Assembly: GCA_951406725.2 (NCBI GenBank)
Contig: OX597818.1
Coordinates: 74,400,001-74,464,000 of the forward strand
Direction of reading: 5' to 3'
DNA length: 64,000 bases
Origin: Octopus vulgaris
Lineage: Eukaryota
The notes below the pieces were generated by a model that saw nothing but the letters and a program-made list of their open reading frames with translations, had not been told where the DNA came from and made no database searches. This document shows, in pieces, positions 54,974-64,000 of this stretch (within the stretch, counting starts at the first letter, position 1; every line of letters begins with the position of its first letter). A program made the translations under genes and the position numbers.

Positions 54974-55490
54974 CAGAAATATTAAACTTCTAAATCTCTC
55001 ATAGAGATATTTACGGTGGTGGGGCGATAGAATGGTTGTATACTGTCAATCTAACGTGAACGTGATAGTAGGGGGTTACACCACCGCTTCCTGCTGGCTT
55101 CGACACATTTTTCCTGTGTCCTTATATACATTTACGAAGGAGAGACAAACACCCCCAGCAGACAGGCCTGCATCTAGAGACACGCATGTTTCAGGATCAT
55201 TGTCCATCATCGGTCTAGAGTAGCAGACGCCCGCCAGCTGTTGATATCTGTCCCGATCCGCAAATGTATATATCTGATTTTCAGTGAAGTTTATTCACTG
55301 ATTACAAAAATCAAAAATATTAAATTTCTAAATATCTCATAGACCGATGATGGACAATGATCCTGAAACATGCGTGTCTTTAGATGCAGGCCTGGCTGCT
55401 GGGGGTGTTTGTCTCCCTATCGTAAATGTATATAAGGACACAGGAAAAATGTGTCGAAGCCAGCAGGAAGCGTCGATGCTTCCTAGGGCT
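54974..55490 (-). mobile_element. Non-coding hammerhead-bearing retro-insertion with 16-bp TSD (retrozyme or pseudo-LTR-like)
   Basis: TSD aaacagaataagatat at 54958-54973 and 55491-55506. Unit start recurs 338 bp later; inverted segment 55340-55490. Confidence 0.85.
55173..55219 (-). ncRNA. Type I hammerhead, U4C core variant (mirror copy on + at 55340-55384)
   Basis: Reverse complement: tctaga-CCGATGA-t-gga-caatga-tcc-t-GAAA-ca-tgcg-t-GTC^tctaga; 6-bp stem I. Confidence 0.75.
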
Positions 55491-56112
55491 AAACAGAATA
55501 AGATATGTTCTCTTCGAAATTAACAAAAGAGTTTTCTGTAGTTAGATCATTTTTACTCACTAATATACTTAGATATGCTTGGTAATCAAAAATACACCTT
55601 TTCAAATGAAATAGCAGATTCATGTGTAACTAACACCTCATGATTAACTTAAGTGCAGCCGATAAATGTTGCTGACTTTCTGCAAAATTCAAGTTAGGCC
55701 CCCATTGTTTTACTCCTCCTACATATGAGACAGTGAGGACTGTGTGGCCACATACCGACGTTCTGCGTCTTATCGGAAGAAAGGACACTCGCCTGATTTA
55801 CAAAAGATCAATAAGTATCATGCTCCAGTTCTTAAGTCCAGGCGTGCCGTCTCGTTGCTGTGTGGTTTCCATCGCTTTAATAGCCTCTGTTCTTCGGGGT
55901 TGGCTGGTTTTGTTCTTCTGTCACTGACCGCTCATTCCGACTCACTCGTCTCTATATTTCTCATCACATTTGTTGTGCTCAATGATGCCTGCTCTTGATC
56001 TGATTAATATTTCCAATCTTTCCTCTGCACACGTTTCCTCTTGTATCTTCTCCCTGCTCCTGACTTCATTACAGATGTTCCACTATACCAGTTTACGTGA
56101 ACCATCAATACC

Positions 56113-56346
56113 TATTTCTTTACTACCCACAAGGGACTAAACACAGAGAGGACAAGCAAGGACAGATAAACGGATTAAGTCGATTATATAGACCCAAGTG
56201 CGTAACTGGTACTTATTTAATCGACCCCGAAAGGATGAAAAGCAAAGTCGACCTCGGCGGAATTTGAACTCAGAACGTAGCGGCAGACGAAATACCGCTA
56301 AGCGTTTCGCCCGGCGCGCTAACGTTTCTGCCAGCTCGCCGCCTTT
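56113..56346 (-). mobile_element. Young Nin/Deu-domain tRNA SINE with 15-bp TSD
   Basis: TSD tgaaccatcaatacc at 56098-56112 and 56347-56361. Reverse complement has gagttcaaattccgcc and gtcgactttgcttttcatcctttcggggtcgat. Confidence 0.9.
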
Positions 56347-58489
56347 TGAACCATCAATACCACCAAGCTCTCCAATCTCGAAGAGCTTAAGAAGGTCACT
56401 GGTTATATCTTGTTGATTTGATTCAGCTGGTGAAATTGTAGTCACGTGTCAATGTCACAAGTCTACTTTCACTCTTTCGTACAGGCATTAAATATATATA
56501 TATATATACACATATGTACATGTGTGTGCCTGCGTGTGTATGTGTGTGTATGTGTGTGTGCGTGTGTGTAAGAAAGGGAAAATGCACTGGAAGTCATTTA
56601 GGTGGTTTATTTATAAATTCTTAACTGGTTTCACAGATTTTTCTGATTTTCAAAGGTTAAGCGAGATAGAAAGATGCGAGCAATTTAGTAACTGTCTTGC
56701 TTCTGACTGGAGTTCGAACATTCTCTGGATTTTACGGAGTGAACATGACTGAAGTTAGTATCTGTTTAGAATGCAATTTGATTGGCAAAGGCTGATGACA
56801 TGATTAGTCCTTGAAATTTCTGCAAGTTCCCTACTCCACTCGTGCATTATTATCAGGTAGCAATAACTTTTGCGCAGAAAGTTAAGTCAGATACAGTTGA
56901 GTGAATGTCTCTAGTGACAGTTCCAAGGCTCTCTAAATTTAATCTGTTAAGTGATAGAGTGGACAAGAATAGTTTGTAGGTACTCAATACATTTTGTTAG
57001 ATCTCCTTTATTGTCCGGAGATAGTGGTTAGTGTGCTTGTACCTTGACGTTATTTTAGTCGTGATTTACATTTTTGTGTAAATACATTCTTTTATTTAGT
57101 TGAGTCTGAATTGTGGTATTGTTTGAATAAAGGAAAAGTGGGAAGACTTGGAATTTTGGAATCTTATTTGTTGTACTAATATCTCGACAAGGAAATTAAT
57201 CTAGGAGTTAAAGCTGTAATTTTTCGCTGCATATGACTATTGTGAGCCAAAAAGAATCGAGACTTTGTATATTTAGTATACACACAGACGGAATGGATAT
57301 GATTTGTATGTATATACGTTGACATAAAGTTTTGTTATCCACTAAATTCATACATCTGTGTTGAACAAGAAAAAGATATGATTGCACCCAACGTTGACCC
57401 TGTGTAATATTGAACGTACCAAGTGATAGACTGTGTTTGTGTGTGAGTAGTTGTTGGTGAATATATTTTCTTTGTATTTTTAAATAAATATATTTTCCTT
57501 GATCTGTGGTATTCACTGAAAAAAATAAAATTGAGGAAACTTGAAATTTAGGCGACGAAAAAGTAAACAATTACTAGGATTTCTATGTGCTAATTTGTTC
57601 GAAATTTAAGGTTGATGAGATGTTGTATGTTTATACAACTCGAAGTTGATTCGTTACTGGTATCCTTAATAGTATGGTTCTTGGGGAGTTTGGTGAAAAC
57701 CGTAGAAGTATGAGGTTTGCATTCAAAATGGGGTAGGTTGTCACATTCGTTGATTGTTAAACTTTTTTTTGTGTCGGTAAATACATACCGTGACTTGTAA
57801 GGGACTACCTGCATCTGTTAAGCCACTTCCCTAAAACTATCAACAAGGGCATTATTATCGTACCATTTGAGGTAATAAACATTTATACCATAACCCCACT
57901 GCACAATGATCTAGAGGTAATCGGTTTCTGGCTCGAAAAGTTGCGTTATGAAACACTGGACAGGACTGAAAAACATTTCATCACAATTTTACCTATATTT
58001 CTACCAGTGTGGAATGAAATAACATTTTTTTTTCTTTTTATATATCATGAAGTTATATAGTATGTAGATGTATCAAGATGTTGTTGAACACGTGACATCA
58101 TATAGCGTTAATATAAGGGAAAACAACCAAACTATCTCAGCTCCTAATGCGCTTTTTTAAGCAAAACATCATAGACAATCTGACCCCCTTTTTTCTCTAC
58201 ACATACAAGTGATTGTTACAAGACATTTCCGACAACAGCTGCTAACCTCCTAAAGAGATCGTTATCACACTCTTCGGTACACAAATATTAAAAAAAGAAA
58301 ACAAATATATTTGTACGACTTCTGAATGGGTGGTAAACTTTAAACTGTATTGTGAGGTACGCTTGAATGATAATTAACTAAAGTATGATTACAAATATTT
58401 GATGCGTTGTCTAATAAACAATGAGACTGAATGCATTCTTGTAATGCTTTGCTTCTTAGACGAATTAAAATATTGTTTTCTACTCTAGG

Positions 58490-58865
58490 CCCGAAATTTT
58501 GGGGAATGGGGCCAGTCGATTAGATTGACCCCTGTACGCAACAGGTACATAATTTATCGACTTCGAAAGGATAAAAGGCAAAGTCGACCTCGGTGGATTT
58601 GAACATAGAAAGTAAAGACAGATGAAATACCTATTTCTTTACTACCCATAAGGAGCTAAACACAGAGGGGACAAACAAGGACAGACAAACGGATTAAGTC
58701 GATTACATCGACCCAAGTGAGTAACTGGTACTTATTTAATCGACCCCGACAGGATGAAAGACAAAATCGACCTCGGCAGAATTTGAACTCAGAACATAGC
58801 GGCAGACGAAATACCGCTGAGCATTTCGCCCGGCATGCTAACGATTCAGCTAGCTCACTGCCTCA
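58490..58865 (-). mobile_element. Nin/Deu-type SINE dimer (full copy plus partial copy)
   Basis: 58630-58865 is colinear with 56113-56346; partial copy at 58490-58630. Confidence 0.82.
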
Positions 58866-59057
58866 CACGAATAAATTCGCAATAATAAATGCTAATAACA
58901 AATATATTATTATATCATTATATTATTACATTATATTAAATTATATTACATCAATTTATTATATCATATTATTATATCGTATTAAATTATATGATATTAT
59001 TATAACAACAATATGTGTGTAGATACATTGTATATATATATATATATCATATATATA

Positions 59058-59581
59058 CCGTAAATCCTCGAGTATAATCCGCATTTTTTCCCAAAAAAAT
59101 TTAAAGGTAAAAATCCCTAGTGCGTACTATGTACGAGGTTAAAAATGGAAAATATTTTCTAAGCACTGTCCGAGTGTCTATTTGCTGTCCGGCAATGTTT
59201 ATTCAGACGCATTTTATGATGTCGGGTGTGAAAATACCTTAAGCTAAACCTGAAAGCAAGGAAGTCATAAAAGAATCATCCGTAACTTGCAATAAGCAAT
59301 ATTTACAAAACGTTATTACTGTTATTACTGTTATTTCTTTATTTTCTGCAAAAAAAAGTGCACAGAAAAGCTACACGTTTGCATTATGTTATATATACAA
59401 TAAAAATACAGGACATTATCTTATGCAGTTTTTCAAACTATGGACGTTATATAGACCTCCTTGACTCAAGTTAGAGAGAGGGTACGTATTATGCATAAGA
59501 TTTAGGTTTTTCAGAGGTACAGTCCCCTAAAAATCCCCTGCGTATTATAATCAAGGGCGGTCTATACTCGAGGATTTACGG
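59058..59581. mobile_element. MITE with Tc2/pogo-like TIRs in a (TA)n tract
   Basis: TA|ccgtaaatcctcgagtata ... tatactcgaggatttacgg|TA; non-coding interior. Confidence 0.9.
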
Positions 59582-59648
<67 letters not shown>

Positions 59649-59701
59649 TGTATCTACATCATATATATCATATATATATATGTATGTATGTATCATATGC
59701 A

Positions 59702-60579
59702 TACGAAGTGTAGTCAAAAAGTATCCGACCTTGTTTTTTGTACACAAAATGATATAGCGTGAGCACAATCGGCATGTGTTATACGTGGCCGCGTCCTTTC
59801 TGACCATGCAACAAAAAGTTTCGTGGCTGTAGGCTGCGCCATTCGCTCGCAGTGGCGCGTTGAGTTCTCACGTGAATAATACGCTGTGCAATTTTCTATT
59901 TAAGCCAAGATGATCAAGCGCATTCAGCAAAGCTACAGTAGCACATTCCGCCAAAGCTTGACTATCGAGAAGGTTCAGAAGGCCTTTGGGGATAATGCCA
60001 TGCGCAAAACACAAATAAAGAAATGGTACAACCGGTTCAAAGATAGCCGCACCTCAATGGACAGTGAGCCAAGAATATGTACCATAATGTCAAACAATTA
60101 AAAAAAGAATACTACCAGGGTCTTCTTCGTCGCTTTCGTGAAGCTGTGCGGAAAAAATTTCCCGAGCTGTGAGCAGAAAAGAACTGGAAACTCCACCATG
60201 ACAACGCATCCGCTCATTCTGCCCACGTCGTCCAAGCATTACTAATCAGACAAAAAACAACACTTGTTCATCAGACTTTCTATTCCCAGACTTGGCTCCA
60301 TGTGACGTTTTGTTATTCTCGAAGCTAAAAGATAAACAATCAAAGGGAGAGGACTTGAGTCACCAGAGGACGTTAAGCAAACTTCGACAGCACAGCTCTA
60401 CGGCAATCCAAAATGTGATTTCCAGAAATGTTTCTAGCAGTATCAGGAACAATGGCAGAAGTGTGTAGACTCCCAAGGCGAATACTATTACTATGAAGGA
60501 TTCTAAATAAAAATGGTGAATTATTAATATTACATGTTTCTTTTGGCCAAAGCTCGGATACTTTTCGACTCCACTTCAT
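59702..60579 (+). mobile_element. Mariner relic (internally deleted)
   Basis: TIRs tacgaagtgtagtcaaaaagtatccga / tcggatacttttcgactccacttcata. Motifs VQKAFGDNAM..TQIKKWYNRFKD, LHHDNA.AH, YS.DLAPCD. Confidence 0.88.
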
Positions 60580-60850
60580 ATGCATACATGCACACACACA
60601 CACAAACACACACACACATATATATAATAGTAGGGAATATAATTCCAAACTTACAGATAAACATTCATTTTAGCAATTCTAAATGAAATTTCACAATATA
60701 TAATATATATATATAATTTAGAGAAAAACCTCTGTTAAATAATTCAGTAATGAAAGATGTTATTCGCACCATATAGGAAACATATACTATAAAATCCTTA
60801 TTATAAAAATCAAAAAGTACAAAAACAATAAATAGTAAATAGTAGTAAAA

Positions 60851-60970
60851 AGTCTACGCGCGTTTCGTGGCTATATTTTCAGATAGATAATAGTCATAAA
60901 ATCAATTCGATTTAAAATTAAGTCGATCGAAAATTAATTCTATTTAAAAATATAGTCACTCATCAGGTCT
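60851..60970 (-). ncRNA. Hammerhead with extended stem II, in a unit (about 60715-61080) related to 43547-44942
   Basis: Reverse complement: agac-CTGATGA-gtgactatatttt...aaaatatagccac-GAAAC-GCGC-GTA^gact. Confidence 0.72.
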
Positions 60971-61257
60971 AAAATAATAATAATACTAATAAAATAATGA
61001 TAGAATAAATCTACTTATCTTAACTTATACTGATTATCAAATAAATTTAGAAAAATACGTGTATTAACTATAAATAATCGAAAAAAAATTAACACTATTT
61101 CTTAAAAACGCTGTCAGCCAGCAGCTGGTCTTAAATTCATAACAGGGCTCAATGGAGGTCTTGCGCTGTGCGATGGGGTGTTGTGTGTGTGTTGATGGGA
61201 CGGCTATCGTCTTTCTCCCAAGATGAAGCAATCGTATATATATATATATATATATAT

Positions 61258-61331
<74 letters not shown>

Positions 61332-61339
61332 TGATAGAT

Positions 61340-62430
61340 AAGCTTACTTGGAAATGGATGCGTTGCGTTCAATTATATAATATATATATATATATGTATA
61401 TATGTATATGCATGCATATACATACATATATGTACATACATATACATAAGGAAAAGAAAGATGGACGATGGCAACGTGTGAGCAACGAGAGAGTAAAGAA
61501 GGAAGAGAGAGAGAGAGGGAGACAGATAGAAAATGGTGATGGGGAGAAAAAATAATTAAAGAAAAGAAGAAAGAGAAAACGAAAGGGGGATAGTGAGAGA
61601 ACAGTACAGGGTAGAGTCGCATCAAAAGTATTACGATAAACTTACTTGGAAATGGCTGGTCGTTCTTTATGTTACTTGCCTTGTTTTCCATTTGTGTCTC
61701 ACGTTGTTCGCATACCTAAATTTTCGCCCGCGTATTTCATGTTGTTTAAGTTTTGTACATATATGTATATATATAGATATCCACTTCCAAGTAAGTTTAT
61801 CTTAATAATTTTGATGCGACTCTACCCTGTGCTGTTCTCTTTCCCCCTTTTGTTTTTCTCTCTCATGCTTACTCTAATTGTTTTTCTCCCCTTCTCCGTT
61901 TTCTAGCTATCTGTATGTCTTTCTCTCCCTATCCCTCTTCCTCCTTTACTCTCTCTCTCTCTCTCGTTGCTCATACGTGACCATCGTCCATCTTCCTTTT
62001 CCTAACGTGATCAACTTTCATTTCCTTCAGTCTGTCGAACAGACCAGAAGCTTTCTCATCAGCCTCCTCTGCTTTCTTGTCTCTTGTCAAAGAATATTCC
62101 TCCAGTGTTCCCTACCTTACTCGTCTGGCCTGACGGTCCTCCATGTTTGTCTTCCTTTGGCTTGTTGTATCTCTTCACTGTCCTATTTTTGTTGCCAACT
62201 TTAACCCTCCTTAAAAATCCGAAATTATATTTTGGCTCGTGGATCAACTTTTTTGAAGCCTCATATTGATGGTAATTGCGCGAATTAAATGTGAAATAGA
62301 TGGACAGCTGACAACTGATGACGTTCCTTCTTTATGTTTTGTTTTCCATTTGTTTCTCCCAATGTTTGCATACCCATGCTTGACTTCGTATTTCAAGTTG
62401 TTTACGTTTTGTGACGTCCTGTACCCATAT
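61340..62430. repeat. Inverted plus partially tandem non-coding repeat (arms 61449-61655 and 61781-62003)
   Basis: Mirrored cagggtagagtcgcatcaaaa.tatta.gataaacttacttgga. 61660-61760 partly repeats 62322-62415. Shares ccaagtaagttt and gtcctgtac.catat with the 15k/33k family. Confidence 0.8.
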
Positions 62431-62431
62431 G

Positions 62432-62495
<64 letters not shown>

Positions 62496-62519
62496 TAAGA
62501 AAGTTTGTTTGGCAGAGCA

Positions 62520-64000
62520 CGTGGGTGAATATATAAGAAAATAGTAAAGTGTGAAAAAACGACAGAAGGCTTAAATGTTAAAAAATATATATATTTCTGT
62601 CAAAATGTCTGGAGAATATTTGAAAAATTTTTTCCTTTCCTTAAAATGACATAATTTTAAAATTTTTAAAGAAATTACCGGTTTCGCGTGTAGCTTTTCA
62701 AATTTCTTGTGACGTTATGTTTATATTGCATGGAGTTATCGTTGTGTTTATTTTCAGGAGATTTCTAAATAAGGGGAGGTATTGAGTGATTTCTTCCGGT
62801 GTAAGGGAGATAATCGCTTAAAAATTTTTTTCCCTTTCCCTTGTTAATTTCTCTGTGTCATTATGTTCGGATGGTTGAGTCTGGGTTTGTACTTTTCAAT
62901 GAAGAATGTTTCCTTGTTCAGTCTCATTTGTGTTGATGATCCGAAAGCACATTGGTAAAATGGGAAGATTAAAAATTGTGGCAGTAGTTGCTTTGCGCAT
63001 TTCTCAATGTGCTCACTAAAAGGTATCATTCTATATTCTGGGAATGCAATCTGTTGTCGATGCAGTGTGCATCTACGCCTGAGTGATAGTCCCGTGGAAC
63101 CCACGTAGTCTTGGTGGCAGCCCGAGCATTTAATAACATAAATTATAAAAACCTATTGAACAGCATAAACCCAAATATACAGTTCACAATGGAATACAAC
63201 CAAAAGGAGCTCCCGTTCTTGGATATACTAATTAAAAAAATTAACCTTAAAATAGAAACAGACATTTTTTACAAAGCCACAGACGCCAAACAATACCTTC
63301 TTTTTAATTCATGCCACCCAAGACACACTAAAACAAACATCCCCTTCAACCTTGCAAGAAGGATATGCACAATAGTGTCAGAACAAAATACCAGGAACTT
63401 TAGACTGCAAGAACTCAAAAACACCCTAATTGACAGACATTACCCAGCTCAACTCATAGAGGATGGGATCAGACGTGCAACAGAAATCAACATAGAAACT
63501 TTAAGAAAAGTTCAACACAACAACACACCTTCCCCGAAAATACTACCTTACATATCTACATACAACCCCAGAAACAAAGAAGCCTTCACCATCATCACCC
63601 AGAATTTACCAATACTTCATAAAAACCCAAAATTAAAGGAAATTCTAAACATACACCAAATCATTAAAAGCTACAAACAGCCTAAATCACTTAAAAAGAT
63701 TCTCACAAAGGCAAAATTGTCTTCTAAAATTACGGATGCAAAAGTAAAAAAATGTGGTAGATCGAACTGTGCAACATGTCCTAACCTATTGGAAGGATCA
63801 GAATTCTTCTTTAAAGAGGGATAGAAATTCAAGATCAAATCTAACTTTACTTGTGCCTCTGAAAACATAATTTATGTTATTAAATGCTCGGGCTGCCACC
63901 AAGACTACGTGGGTTCCACGGGACTATCACTCAGGCGTAGATGCACACTGCATCGACAACAGATTGCATTCCCAGAATATAGAATGATACCTTTTAGTGA
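62520..64000 (+). mobile_element. 5'-truncated Penelope-like element with inverted 3' duplication
   Basis: 63147-64000 (+): NIQFTME, LPFLDILI, TDIFYKAT, HPRH, Cys motif KCGRSNCATC, IYVIKC..C..DYVGST. 63013-63146 is the reverse complement of 63868-64000 and continues to about 62520. Confidence 0.92.

Noticed and set aside
56600-58000. Possible retroelement coding relic (e.g. FEVINIYTITP near 57865)
   Set aside because: Too degenerate to assign a family or boundaries by eye.
62670-62770. Minus-strand GAAACCGGTA in the PLE 3' UTR
   Set aside because: No convincing CUGANGA partner or stem II could be drawn.

Overview
AT-rich, microsatellite-saturated eukaryotic DNA. The SINE types and the (TA)n/(CA)n density suggest a cephalopod (Octopus-like) intergenic or intronic region; this is an inference. 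No host protein-coding gene could be supported, and most ORF-track entries are microsatellite translations. Recognisable content: (1) a near-full-length Tx1-clade LINE (3951-9274; zinc-knuckle ORF1, APE-RT-zf ORF2) inserted with a 16-bp target-site duplication (TSD) inside the tRNA-derived head of a SINE; (2) several Penelope-like element (PLE) relics with RT/GIY-YIG fragments and inverted duplications; (3) three mariner relics, a Tc2/pogo-like MITE and a non-autonomous Helitron; (4) many tRNA-derived SINEs. The most striking unexplained layer is more than ten long fold-back or tandem non-coding units, mostly sitting in (TA)n tracts. Many carry minimal hammerhead ribozyme (HHR) motifs (CUGANGA or CCGAUGA ... 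GAAAC-palindrome-NUH). One is flanked by a perfect 16-bp TSD. These look like several families of non-autonomous, hammerhead-bearing, retrozyme-like retroelements probably mobilised by PLEs. All coordinates and base pairings were read by eye.
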